From Gracilinanus agilis (lineage: Eukaryota): a stretch of DNA of 64,000 nt. A model generated the notes under the pieces. The model worked only from the letters and a program-made list of their open reading frames with translations, was not told the origin of the DNA and searched no databases. Both the position numbers and the translations under genes were made by a program. How positions within the stretch are numbered: position 1 is the stretch's first letter; each line of letters starts with the position of its first letter. The stretch spans positions 307,123,572-307,187,571 of the forward strand of contig NC_058133.1 of NCBI RefSeq assembly GCF_016433145.1, read 5' to 3'. Below are positions 51,143-64,000 of this stretch, piece by piece.

Positions 51143-53224
51143 GAAGTATTAGTTCTCAGATGGAAGTTGAGGTTGTTTTTTTTTAAACCTCCAGGTTATT
51201 CTAAAATAAGAGATTTATGTGAAATGATTTTTCAGGTCCCTTCAAGCTACAAAATCCCATGCATGATGAATACTAAGTATACTTGATAAGTGCTCCTTTC
51301 CATTAACTATTAAATTTCAGGTACCAATCCCACCCAGATATTTATATCATAAAAACAGTTACTTTCTTCCATTTTTTTGAAAAACCACTTCATAGTATAG
51401 AAGCATCTTTTTTATAAAAGATGCCAAAGCAACTTGTGAACTTCCATCACCAGTGAAAAATAGCTTTAAAAAGGCTGCAGTTTTTGGGATGGGGAGAATA
51501 GACATTTCTGTTGTTTGCTGTTTTCTATCAACAATTAGTCTTTAATCAGCAATATTTTTAAGTGTTTGGGTATTTTTTCTTCATTTTTCAGTCCTATAGG
51601 ATCCAGGTGACTGTCAACATTATCTCTAATTTTCATAAGTAAAAGATATTGTGGTCCAAATAGCACAATATGCCATAACCCCTAATTTCAGGATTAAAGT
51701 TGTGTGGGAGTAAACAGTAGAGAAGATGATTTGATTTGATTATATTACCATTGAAAAAGTCATTGAAATTCTGAAAATATAGGATTAAGATTTTCTTTTT
51801 TTTAATGGAATAAAACAAAATACAGTAAACTATAAGCTATTAGCAGGCAGAAATTTTATATCCTCAGTGACCATCCTAAAAGCAATTCCTTGTGGATTGG
51901 TTGATAAATGATGTTTATCATTTATATTCCTATATTTTCGTATGAATGAGGTAACTTCTATGAATAATATTTACTAGGAATGTGGAGAATTTGTATGACT
52001 TCATGGAATTCACATAGTTAAATTTTTGGTCCCTTAAACAAATGATTTTTATGATTATAGAGAGAATTAACATGTATTGTGTCTAAGTACACTTAGAACT
52101 TAGTTATAAACTTTGTTTAAAATTATAATAAAATAAAAATTAAAAAAGGTTAAGGTATACTGTCTAACCTCAAGAATGTTGTAACTGATTAAGAAAGATA
52201 AAATTCAGCTACATGAAACCTTAAAAAACACATTAGGCAATGTGGAATCAAATGCAAATTGCAAGATGCAGATATGTCCTCTCACATATCATTTATGCAA
52301 TTTGAATTTTTAAGACTACGTGAGTATGACAAAATCCCTTTCATACCATATATGTTGGAAAAGTTTTGAATACTAACCACTACAATCAGTTCCATGATGC
52401 ACAAGTAAAGCATTCATGTTTATAATGTTTTATGAGTCTAGCACCTGTCAAGTAATCAGTATGCTTAATAAATGCTCTTTGTCATTCATTACAAAATTTC
52501 AGGCTCCACTCTCACCTAGATATTATTATAGACAGTTTTTTAATGTTTTTTCATCATATTTTTTCAAAAATTGATATTTATTATGGAATATTACTTTTTT
52601 TGTCAAATGTTCAATAAGAATTCCTGGAGGCATTTTAGTTTGTATATTACCTAAATCTGCTGAGAAACTGGTTTATAATAATTAGATTAGGTGATCATTG
52701 ACTAACAACTTAACAACTTAATATGTGAAAGGCATTGTATTAAGCCTTTGAGATGCAAAGAAATCATTTTTATTATTCTTATTTTATGGTTGAGGAAACT
52801 GTGGCAAAAATGACTTGCTAATACAGGCCTACAATCATATTTAAACTGAGATGTTCCTTATTACTCAGATCCATTGATTTATCTATCTACTGAGTCACCA
52901 GCTGCCTCTGACACTAAGAAGAGTCTCAAAATTCAATGGATAAAGGAATGTCTAGTAACTATTGTAGTGGGGATAATTTGAGGAAAGGTGTGTGGTAGAA
53001 GGGGATTTTGAAAGGAGGTTGTCAGGGACTTGCTAAGTAGGAAATCTAGGTTACAGGTAGGCTGGAATAAGGAGATTCAGGATATAATATGGCTGAAGTC
53101 AGGAGTATAACACTGGAAGGGAAACAAAGATCTTCAGGGAAAGGAGGAATTAATCTAATCAGGCAAAGATAGCAGGCTTTACAGACTGGGACTTAGACTC
53201 AGAGACAAATTAAGAGAAATATAC

Positions 53225-53668
53225 TGAACTGAAATTAACCACAAGCTTTAGTTAATTTCACAGGAAGGGACTTGTTTTGAAGTTACACCTTCCTTCAAGA
53301 TGGATACCCCAGCTTCCCTTCAAGCCCAGAGTATGTTGGTTCTTTCTTCTTTCCTCTTTTAATAACTAACTGACAATTAACTAATAGCTGTTGAACTCAA
53401 AAGGATTTATTATCTTCAAGGATGATTTGTCAGGAAAGTGGATTAAAGGAAGCCCTAACCTTTGTCTCAGGAACCTCAGGTGGGGGAAGGGAGGCAGAGA
53501 TGGAGTCTGAGTAAGGACCTGCCTTTAACTCAGCTTAAAAAATGCTCTTGATAACTAAAGGGAATAAATGATGACTGACTAGTTTCTTTATATCTAATAA
53601 TGTCAAATAATAATTAACCCCTCACAAATTTGAACTCCTCTCTAATTACTGTCCTTATTAACTCCACA
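53225..53668 (-). mobile_element. LTR-like element
   Basis: TG...CA ends; minus-strand TATA-like (plus TTTATATC ~53588) upstream of AATAAA-like (plus TTTATT ~53406); no TSD found. Confidence 0.4.
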
Positions 53669-54149
53669 GACATGTAAGGAAAGGGAGGGAAGGTAGGAAA
53701 TAAAATAGGGAAGGAAGATACAAAGGGTTTATCTAAAATAACAATTTCTTAAATAAATATTTCAAAGCTAGGCTAAATTTCAATTCTACAGATAGGTAAG
53801 AAAGCCCTCAGCTGGTCTGAACCCTCTCCACGAGAAACCCAAAACCAACTGACTTTTCTCCCTCAAGATTCCAAACCCCTAACTGATTTCAGAACTCAGC
53901 CAAAGCTAGAAAAAACTGTCATGACCCCCTCTCTCTATACTACACTTTTGATCATTGATAGAAGCAGGAAAGAACTAGGGAAGATGAAAACTATTAAAAC
54001 ACTATCAGAATTATCAGAGATCTATGAGATCTTATCTATGAGATCATAGATAAGAATTGTTTCAGTCAATTAGTGGGTTCACTAAATTCAAGATCAAACA
54101 TTATATGTAATGGAGAAAAGTGAAGCTTTTATAGTAAGATAATTGGTAA

Positions 54150-54540
54150 ATTGAAAATGCCCATTATTACTATGTTATTAGAAGTATTACTTACGGCAAT
54201 ATAAAAAAAATTTTAAAAATAAGAATTGACAAAATGAAAATGAAATTATCACTTTTGGGTGAAATGCTATAGTGGTGTACTTACAAAACCCTAGAAAATC
54301 TATTAAAATCATTAGTTTCAACCAAAGTTGAAGAATATAAAATAAAACCACATAAATCATCAACATTTTTGTATATGACCCACAGAACTCAACAGGAAGA
54401 GTTAAAAAGAGAAACTTAATTCAGGGTAAGTGTAGAATCTATAAAATATCTGGAACTCTATTTATCAAGATACATATTTATCTAGGAAGTTTGAGTCCAA
54501 CAGTTTACAGAAATAAGGGCAGACTTAAATAGTTAAAGGA
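54150..54540 (+). mobile_element. L1 ORF2 remnant
   Basis: TACTTACAAAACCCTAGAAAATC..GAATATAAAATAAAACCACATAAATCATCAACATTTTTGTAT. Confidence 0.75.
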
Positions 54541-56289
54541 AGTTGTGATAGGAACTCATACTCATTATGCTGATTTCTCTTCCAATCTAATGTGTCTTCT
54601 TATTTATGAAACACGGAATATCCAAATATAGAAACGGTGGCAAAGTACATATTCTCAAATAAAGTACAAAGTTTCTATGGGTTCAAGAAGATGGAAAGTC
54701 TGGAAAAAGAATATACAATCTAGAATGAAAAGAAGTTTGAAAAAAAGTTATTTAATGGGATAGAGAGAGTGATTCGGAAAGGCAGGGCAGAGGAGGGAAG
54801 AGGCAGGATTGAACTCCCTTGGGTCTCTTGAGTATAAGGAAGGGTGACAGAGAAAGAGGAATTTCCCTCAAGTAATAGTATTTCTGAATTACTTGGTTTT
54901 GGAGAACAGGAGTGGATACACATTTGGTAGCCATGGGTCCCTCTTGGTTAAATTTATCTTTCAGAATTGTGTGATAATGGAGAGTAACATCAGAACAGCA
55001 TTCCCTCTCAACTCCAGAGAATTAGTGGTGATCATCAAAGGGAATTATTTTGAAGTCTCGTTCCTCAGAAATTGGACTAAGTTAACATGTAACACCAGCT
55101 TAGGAGTTAGTTGTATGCCAAAATGGGAATATATGAGACTTGGAAAACAGCCCACATGTGGAATAATCACTCAGTTCTTTTAAAGAGACCCCATTCTCTT
55201 CACTATCTAATTGGGAGTTTGAAACTTTATTATTTCTTTTCCTGAGGCTCCCATCATTCTGTCATCAAGTACAGTGCCTGAGGCTTATTGCACTCAGTAT
55301 AGCACTAGGTCTATATCTAAGGTCCCAATCTGGCCAGACCCTTGTGTGTTTTCTGAGGATGTATCAAGGCACCATTAGACCTTTAGTTAAGACCCGAGGC
55401 TTTCCGAATCCATGTTTAATCTCTTCAGAGCTAGAAGCAGCCAAAGAAAATCCACAGAACAGAACAAGCTTAAAACTAACCACATTTATTTTATAGGCCT
55501 TTCAAGTAGTACAGAACTAAAAAAAATTCACAAAATAATTGGTTCAGAGGGAAAAGTTGTCAAGGGAATGAACATTTAGAAATCATGTATTCCCCTGAGA
55601 TTATCTGGTCCAATATTCTCATTTTGCAAATTGGGGAAATTGAGCTTTAACTAAGTAAAGCAATCTGGTTAGTTCACACAGGTGGGTAGATGCTAGTGCT
55701 GGGATGTGAATTCATTTCCTTTAATTATAATACAATCCTTTTTTCTTCTTTACTGATGACCTTTGTAATGTTTCTTGATTAAAAAAATAGATTTAATTTT
55801 CAAGACTCTCAATTAATCTACTCTACTAACAATATTAAAATAATAATTAAACAAATAAATAACAAATTATTAAGTATTTACTACATATAAAGCATTATGA
55901 TAATGTGTTAGAGAGAGGAATAGAAAAGTAGAGTGCCCCAACTCTCAAGGTGCTCAGAGTGTCCCTGGCCAGTTGGGAGCAATGGGGTATCCCTGATCTC
56001 AAAAACTTATATTTTAGTGCATAACTACAAGTCAGATGGAATGATCCTATGGTCTTTAGGATGCAGCAGCAAAGCAAATGGTCATGATTCTTCTTTAATG
56101 TCATTTCTTGTGATAAAACCACATTTGCTTTAGATGGTGGAATATTTGACAGTGCCAAGGAATTTAGCAATAAGAACTTTCTTTGCTTGATGAGAAGCTC
56201 TCATTGATAAAACGTCAGGAACATAAGCATCTACAGAAACTTTTGATAGGTGAAATCTCTGTGGGTGCAGTTTCTTTTCTTTTTTCCAG

Positions 56290-56780
56290 ATTACATGATG
56301 ATACAATTTTTAATATACTTTTTCTGATATTTTAAGACCCTCTTTTCCCCTTCCATAAAAGACAGGTAACGTGGTATAGTTTGCATGTATATTATTTTAT
56401 GAAACATATTTCCATGTTCATCCTGTTGTCAAATGACATATATTACACTAGAAATAAATTCGTGGAGGAAATGAAGTGAAGAATGGTATGCTCCAATTTA
56501 CATTCAGGCTCAGCCAGTTCATTTTTATGGTGGTAGATATCTTTTTTCATCAAGAGTCTCTTAGAGTTGTCTCGAATCCTTTCCTTATTGATAATAAAGA
56601 AATTCACAGTTAATCAAAATATACAATTGTATTTGCAGTGCACAACACTCTCCTGGTTCTGCTCATTTCCTTTTCATCACTTCATACATGTCTGTCCAGC
56701 TTGTTTTGTGATCATCTCATTGGTATGGGTGTGGTTTCATTGGCCGATGCTCACAGTATCTAGGCTAAAAGCAGGATCCT
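56290..56780 (-). mobile_element. Marsupial-type L1 3' UTR remnant
   Basis: CAACACTCTCCTGGTTCTGCTCATTTCCTTTTCATCACTTCATACATGTC is the characteristic antisense L1 3' UTR text. Confidence 0.75.
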
Positions 56781-57574
56781 GCTTCCTCCTGGAAATTGGT
56801 CTTGAGAGTCACCCCCTTCACTCATCCAAATCAAAAAGCAGAAATAAAATAGATCTATTCATGCAAAAAATTCTGTTCCCAGGCTTCTTTGACTCAGAAT
56901 CTTGCCTGTTCTTCATTGAGCTCTGAATGGAAGTTTTGTTCAAGGTCTTGGTAATGATTTAACCTTGTTATATGCAGCTCCCTGTATCTCCCTCATGGTG
57001 CCTTGCCTCCTATGAGACTGGCTTGTCTGCCTAGTAGGTAAAGCTGATTACCTCCATTTTATGTCTTTTATTCTACTTAATATTCAAACTTATTTTAATC
57101 CTAAATATTATTTTATGATTCTTTCACTAAAAAGCATCATACCTTGAATAAATTTATAATTTTGTTTTAAACTCAAAAGTCATAGTTTAAGGCAGTAAAT
57201 AATAAATCCCAAATGAAAACTCTAGATTTTTTAAATGCTGTAGAAATTTGGAAGGAGTGACTTCAGAATCTTCAGGCTAAAGTGAGTAAGGAAGACTTCA
57301 TGAAGGTGAGATTCAAATTTGGCTTTCAAGGGTGGAAAGAATTTGGATAGCTAGAAAAGATAAGGCTGCCTCTCCAAGGGTATAGTGATGGGTTAGGGAA
57401 TAATGGTATGCCTGAGACATGAAAATGGGAGAGCATGGAGTTTATTTAGAGAGTTAGTAGTTTCCTTGGGTGAACACAAAAGGCTGTTTTTGTAAAGGAA
57501 TAATAATAAGTAAGGCTAGAACAATTTAAGTAAAGACTATATTGTTTAAATACTGGAATGTCAGATTAAGGGGG

Positions 57575-57780
57575 AGGAAGTATGGTGTAGTAACAGAGTT
57601 CTACATTAAATATGAAATCAGAAAACCTGGAATCAAATTACACCTTAGAAAACTAGTCTCTCTTTGCGTTTGAGACAGTCAATTTGCACCCTGGATTCTG
57701 ATTCCTCTTCTATAAAATTAAGGTTTTGGTTTGAATGGCTTCGAAGGCCTTTTCCAGCTCTAGGCTTATAATTCTATGAC
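57575..57780 (+). mobile_element. MIR3-type remnant
   Basis: GGAAGTATGGTGTAGTAACAGAG..., tail GAAGGCCTTTTCCAGCTCTAGG..ATTCTATGA. Confidence 0.65.
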
Positions 57781-59124
57781 TTTTACCTATAAGTAGTAAG
57801 AACATAATGAGATCCTGATCCAGGAACTAACATAAGTAAAAAGGATGTTTTTAAAATACTCACTTTATTTATTTTTGGGGTAGAAAAGATTAATTTCTTT
57901 CATAATTTGTAATTAATGGCTTTTTGAAACACCTTTTATGAGTAAGTTTATTTTGGAGAGATTTTAATACATGTTCACATTACATGATGATGCTAATTGC
58001 CTATGGGAACAGAGGAATCTTAAATATGTTGAAATACTTGGGATATGTTAGTAGTACTATTGTTGTTATTTATGTACAGTGCTTCTCTTAAAGGAAACAA
58101 CCCCTGCAGAAATGTTTCTACAAATAGCACCTGTAATTCTTTTATTTGCCACATGGATTTTGTAAATCCTTGACTAAACTGTCACAGTATAATAGAATGA
58201 GCCCATAAGATGTGGAATGAGAAGACATCACACTTAGTAGTTGGATTATCTTGGGCAAGTCATTTATTTGATCTCACTAAGAGTATAAATTGGAAACCCC
58301 AATATTTATTGTATTTAACAGAAAAACACTTTTTAAATCATAAAGTTATACATAAACATGAGCAGTTGTTTTTCTTTCCTACTTTATTCCCACTTAAATG
58401 GTCACTACAGTGGTGCTAGGTAAAATTAATGACAGAACATAATAGGATAAAAAGATATTAGAACTGTTTTTAGGTATTACAAATAAAAATAGATCAGTAA
58501 AATGGCCAAGTTACCACGTGTAATATTTCCACTGTAGTTACCGACCAGCTCCAACATGTCAATGCTAGCCCACAGGGGAAAAAAAAGGAAAACATAAAGA
58601 AATCTGGGATGCATTGTCATCCTGATTTGGTGTAAGGAATCATTCTTTGCTTCATTTTCATAGTTTCATGTATCCTTTGGTCACTCAGTACCCCATTATT
58701 CTTCTACTTTTAATAAATAGTAACTTTATAGTAAGATTCAGATTCATAACATTCATTATCTCTTTCTTTCCAACTTCAGACGTACCCCCAAAGGATTTGT
58801 TATTCTATAACCTAGATTGGATTTATTTTGGTGTAAAGAATGGGTAACACATAATTTGTTAGGTAGCTTAACATGTTAGCATTAAGAGGTATTGTCTCAT
58901 TTCTGCAAAAGGATCTTAATAACATTATAGATTTTTAATAATTTATAAAAAAGAATGTTTTATCAGACCATTCTACTCAGTTTCCACAGACATTAATCCT
59001 TTTCCTTACTATATTTTTTTGTCAAGTATCATCTATTGCACAGAGTGGTTATGAGGATCAAATGAATTTATTTTGTAAAGCACTCTGTAAATTTTAAAGC
59101 ACAATATTAGCTATTATTATCTTT

Positions 59125-59363
59125 ATGGCACCTGGATGGCACTGTGGATAAAATTCTGGGCCTAAAATCAGGAAGAATTGAGTTCAAATTTTCTTAGTCT
59201 CTTACTAGCTGTATGACCCTGAGCAAATCACTTAATCCTTTTTGCTTCAATTCCTTCATCTGTAAAATGAGCTGGAGAAGGAAAGAGCAAACCACTCCAG
59301 TATCTTTGCCAAGAAAACTCAAATGGGGTCATGAAGAGCAGGACATGACTGAAGCAACTGAAC
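59125..59363 (+). mobile_element. MAR1-type SINE
   Basis: Core plus tail CCACTCCAGTATCTTTGCCAAGAAAACTCAAATGGGGTCATGAAGAGCAGGACATGACTGAA. Confidence 0.88.
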
Positions 59364-61779
59364 ATTATTACTATTAGGGATATGTCCCAGACCTATGATT
59401 TCATGGGTTTGGGGAATTCTTGGGTGAGGAAACTTCTTCTACCTATGAATATCAATATCTCATCTGCAATTCATATTCTTAAGGAGTTGTCTAGAACATT
59501 AAAAGGTTAAGGAACTTGGCCAGAATCACAAAGCCTGTATTTGTCAGTGGCACAACGTGAATGCAGGTGGTCCTGAACACATATATCCACTGTGCCAAGA
59601 TACTTCTCCGTTGTTGTTTGTCATTCTTGTTATGGCATAGCCTATTCTCCAAACATTAACCTCAGAATATAGCTAGAAATGGAAAAAATTTGAACATAAA
59701 AATGATTTAAATACAAAATAATGTAGCTTTTTGATATAACAAATCTGTGAATAGCTTTTATAACTCATGATTCCTTAAATTGAAAAAAAGGAAATGAAGT
59801 AAAATTAAGTTAAATCTGAATTAATCTGCAATGACCTTGAATGTTTCATGTGAATATATTAACATATTTTTAAACATGTTTCTGTAAAGAAATATAGGCC
59901 AAATTTTAAATATAGTTTCTAATGCCTATATATTGCATGTGTTTACTGCATTGAATTAAACTGTAATCTTACTATTTGGCATATGTTTTTCTTTATTTTA
60001 TGATAATAAAGTTTCTCTTTTCTTGATATTTTACCAGATTCTCAGTGAATTTAATTCTTGTCCATAGTTTTCCCAAAATTTGCCATTGCATGAATACCAG
60101 TTTAGCATGCAAGCCATCATTGGTAATCCCTTAAACTTGTTTTTTTTAAGTTTGGCTAATATTTTTGATTGCATTTTATTGATACTTTTAAAACATATTA
60201 CCATAATTTTTATACACATTGATACAAACACATACATAATTGGAAGTGAGCTTTCTCTTGTAGCAAAGAGAAAAGAAAGTTATTATACAACACCAAAGGA
60301 CATATCTCTAATTTCTGACAATATTTATTATCACATCCTATACTGAAAGTCTCTCATTTCTCCACTAAAAAGAAGGTATATTCCCTCATCTCTTCCCCGG
60401 GGCAAAAATTAGATCTTATACTTGCCTAACTGTATAAAATTTGGTGTCATTTTGTTATTCATTTCATCTACATTGTAGTTATTGTATATCTTGTTTACTT
60501 TTTTTTGCTGGTTACTTTATTCAGTATAAGTTTATAAAAGTCTCCCCAAATTTCCTTGAATTTCTTCAGTCAGATTTTTCCACTAAAACAATGATGAACC
60601 ATTGCTCTCATATACCATGATTTGTGCAAAAATTCTTTATTCCATGATCATCCATGTCTTTTTCTAGTTCTTTAATATAATTATCTTTTTTTTCTTTTCT
60701 CCATACTATTTTTACCATCAAAGCTTCCAGGGTTTCTGTCCTTCTAGGTTCTGCTTTGTGGGTGCTTTCTGCCAGTGCCTCACTCCATAGATTCCCCTTT
60801 TCCTATGTCTCACTCTCAGAACAATTCCAATTATTACAAGTGTCAGAGAGACATTGCTTTGTGGTAGGATCCTCTTCCTCCTCATGATTTGAACCTCTCT
60901 TGTTGACTTCTTTTATTCTTATATTTACCTGGAAATTTCCTCACTGTGTATATGCTCTCCCACCCTTCTTGGTTCCAGTTGCCAACTTCCTCCCTCTCAG
61001 ACTAAGTAGTAGACTTTTCAAACACCTAATCCAGGTCTCATCCAATATGAGGTTCTTATCTCCCTTCACTCAAAGGAGCTATTATTGGAACCCCTTCCCT
61101 CCTCCAAAATAAGGTCTGCTTCTTCCTCCTTACATTTGCAATTTTTGCCCACTCTTCTGTATGATCCTATCCTTCTGAGACCACAAGAACAGTTTTCCCT
61201 TCATATCCTCTCTCGAATTGACCTAGCATATATATCACTCTCTCCTCTTTATCTCTCTTATTAGATTAAAATTAATATATCCAAGTTCTTATTTTCCATA
61301 AAATTTATTACTATTCACTTGAAATAGAGAAAGCAGATAAGCATAGATTTAAAGTCTCTCTTATTTTAAGTCTGACCACATGCAGCTCATCCTGCAGGAT
61401 TCTCCGTCTGTCTCACCTGCCTGCACAGGGAAGTAGAGAGCCCCATGGGGTCCACCCACACCCTTTTATTTAGATTCATGGATGCAATGCTGGCATGTAA
61501 AAAACGGGATGAACTGAGCAGGCAATCCAGGAGAAGGAGGGAATGAAACTCCCTCTACACACTCTTCCTTTTAATACATTCTTCTGTCTGGGAATGTAAT
61601 CCCACAAAAGAAGCATTTATCTGTAGGCAAGATATTACCATGTTCTCTCCATAATGCCCTCTGTCTACCTCTTCATGTTACCTCACTCTCATTTTTGCCT
61701 CTTCCTCTGTCTCCTTGTTTATCTTTAGGAAGAATTATCTTACTGACTTTTCTGTTGTCACTATCACTGTTGCTTTTGC

Positions 61780-62760
61780 TATGTGAATTTATTCACTTGT
61801 CCTGTAAATCTGTTGTTTGGGGGTTTTGAGAATCAAATAATCTATTCAGTTCTGATTTTCTTTCTAAAAATGTTTTAAACTCTTCTTTATTATTGAATGT
61901 TCTCTTTTTTTCCTTGTATAATTAAGGTCAGATTTGCAGAATAGGTCATGCTGTGCTGCATCCTGAGCTTAACTTCAAAACATATTATTCAATCCCTTTC
62001 TCCTCTTTTTTTTAACTACGTGCAGAGAAGTCTTGAGTTATTCAAATATTTTTTCCTTTATATTTGAAGATCTTTCTCCAGATGGCTTACAGAACTTGTT
62101 GTTTCTAAATTGAATTAATAGATGACACCACTACATGTGAAATCTTGGGGTTTTTGTTGTGGTTATTTTGTATTTGTTTTGCTTTTTCCTGTAAGAATCT
62201 GTGAATTCGTTCATTGAGATTTCATTTTTTGTCTTAAGAAGTTCTGAACAGTTCTATTCCATTATTTCCCTTATGATGGTATTAAAGTTTTTTGTTCTGT
62301 CATGTTCTTCTGGGAGACTTTTGAACCTTAAGTTATCTCTACACATCTGGTCTGGAAGACCTGTATGTTTTATTGCATAGTGAGCACATTTTTTTTAATG
62401 TTTTTGTTTTTTGCTTCTCTTTTAAGGTTGTCCTTCACTTCCGTGCATTTGCATTTTATTCTCTCATTTATTTTTTAGGGATATTGCCATGGCAGATTTA
62501 AATTTTTCTATTCTGCTTATTATTTTTACTGTGTAGGATAGAAATTCTGCTCTCATAATTCTCCTGTTTATTTTTCAAACCACCCAGGAACAACATATTC
62601 TGGTTCCATGTTCTCCTCAAATACCATAGGGTCCTCTGTCTCATCAAGTGTTGGGTCATTTCCCTTGATTTTTCTTTATTTATGCAAAGATGCCTAAACT
62701 AGTCTACTAGATCTTGAGGCCCTATTTTCTTGTGTTACATTTTTTCCTATTGATTTATCT
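61780..62760 (-). mobile_element. Old L1 ORF1-region remnant
   Basis: TTGTATAATTAAGGTCAGATTTGCAGAATAGG.., TGTTCTTCTGGGAGACTTTTGAACCTTAAGTTATCTC resemble antisense L1 ORF1. Confidence 0.7.
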
Positions 62761-62782
62761 GTTCTATTTTAAAGTCTTAGAG

Positions 62783-62974
62783 CAGTGGTTCCCAAACTTT
62801 TTTGGCCTACCACCCCCTTTCCTGAAAAAATATTACTTGGCCCCCTGGAAATTATTTTTTTTTAATTTTAATAGCAATTAATAGGAAAGATAAATGCACC
62901 TGTGGCCATCACCACTCCTCTGGATCATTGCAGCACCCACCAGGTGGCAGTGGCGCCCACTTTGGGAATCAGTG
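62783..62974 (+). mobile_element. hAT/Charlie-type MITE (family A), 192 bp
   Basis: TIR CAGTGGTTCCCAAA; perfect TSD TCTTAGAG (62775-62782 and 62975-62982); colinear with 10858-11049. Confidence 0.93.
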
Positions 62975-63379
62975 TCTTAGAGATTGTTTCTTCCTGAAAT
63001 ATTTGATACTTCAAATCTTCGCCCCCAATCCCTACTTATTTTCATTATCACTCACTTTCTGACTTCCTCTCTACTGATTCTTGCAGGGCTGGATCTCAAG
63101 TTGTCTTGGACTTCTCCCACACTGGGCAATTCATGGTCCAACACATGAGTCTCTGTTCCAGTGGACTTTTGGTGGTCAAAAATTACCCCAGCAGAATCCT
63201 ATGCTCTTTCCCTTAGGCTTGTTGGAGTATTGCAAAGCTCCCCATGTAAATGGTATTCTATCCTGGTAACTTTTGTCATTCCCTCTCTTATTAGTTTCCT
63301 GCTTTCCTATGTGTAGTTAAGAGATTTATAGTACTGGATTTTCCATACTGTAGCACCTAGCAGGTTTTTTTTTTTTTCC

Positions 63380-63610
63380 TAGCCTTGTTGTGGAATCTTT
63401 TCTGAATTTGAATGCCAAGATGGAAAATCCATCCAGTCTCTGAGCCCTCTGATTACTGGAGAGAGTTGAGGGAGAAAGTATTTGCTTTAGACAGCTGGAT
63501 AGAGGGGTGGAACATGCAAAAAAATGTCTTTGGGCACTGGGAAGAGGGGGAACTGAGCAGCTCCCCAAGTGCTGGCTCTGCACATGTGCCTTGTCTTCAC
63601 CAACTCTGCT
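63380..63610 (+). mobile_element. hAT-type MITE (family B), diverged
   Basis: Shares GGGGTGGAACATGCAA..TTTGGGCACTGGGAAGAGGGGGAACTGAGCAGCTCCCC..CATGTGCC with 32551-32812. Confidence 0.7.
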
Positions 63611-63679
63611 ATAGGGCTTTGGATAAGTTGGCTGTTGAGACCAGTGCAAATTTCTGCAGCCTGGAATCAGGGTCTATAT

Positions 63680-63881
63680 CAGTGATTCCCAAAGGGGGCA
63701 CTACCACCCCCTGGTGGGTGCTGCAGCGATCCGGAGAGGTGGTGATGGCCATGTTTTTTTTTTTTTTTTTGCATTACATTCTATTCTGAGTTCAATAAAT
63801 AGTTTCATAATTTCCAGGGGGCCCTAAGTAATATTTTTTCTGGAAAGGAGGCGGTAGGCCAAAAAAGTTTGGGAACCACTG
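63680..63881 (-). mobile_element. hAT/Charlie-type MITE (family A), 202 bp
   Basis: TIRs CAGTGATTCCCAAA / TTTGGGAACCACTG; perfect TSD GTCTATAT. Confidence 0.94.
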
Positions 63882-64000
63882 GTCTATATGATTCTAGAAA
63901 GAGGGAGACAAGAACAGGATACAGGAGTGGGTTTTAATGTAAAGCCTTTGTTACGTGCTTTAGTTTGCTGGTACTGTCTTATTACCCATAGAAAGGGAGG

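Noticed and set aside
51403-51424. Perfect 9-bp hairpin GCATCTTTT/AAAAGATGC
   Set aside because: Short, AT-rich and expected by chance in 64 kb.
54720-55480. Possible ERV/LTR fragment
   Set aside because: GC-richer and purine-skewed, but no termini, TSD or coding motif could be identified.

Overview
AT-rich, repeat-dense, apparently non-coding (intronic or intergenic) mammalian DNA. The SINE inventory (SINE1_Mdo-type, MAR1-type, MIR, L2, L3/CR1, marsupial-type L1 3' UTRs) points to a didelphid marsupial (opossum-like); this is an inference. I recognise no protein-coding gene, and the supplied ORFs are chance ORFs or transposon fragments. The dominant unexplained structure is an old, strongly diverged head-to-tail array of about 25 or more ~460-500 bp units spanning ~5.45-26.3 kb. 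Each unit has a disproportionately conserved ~23-35 nt core (CAGGTAGACACCAAGTCTCCATGGTAACTAC), splice-site and Kozak-like signals around that core, and a separate short stem-loop (GGATGATTA-N11-15-TAATCATCC) that shows compensatory changes between copies. This resembles a small-RNA or repeated-exon host array, but function is unproven. Inside a gap in the array lies a decayed Ty3/Gypsy integrase (minus strand, ~17.25-18.6 kb). A perfect 417-bp duplication around the single N (24195) is probably an assembly artefact. The rest is L1, L3, L2, MIR, solo-LTR-like and hAT-MITE debris, plus a few unassigned exon-like segments. All alignments were done by eye.
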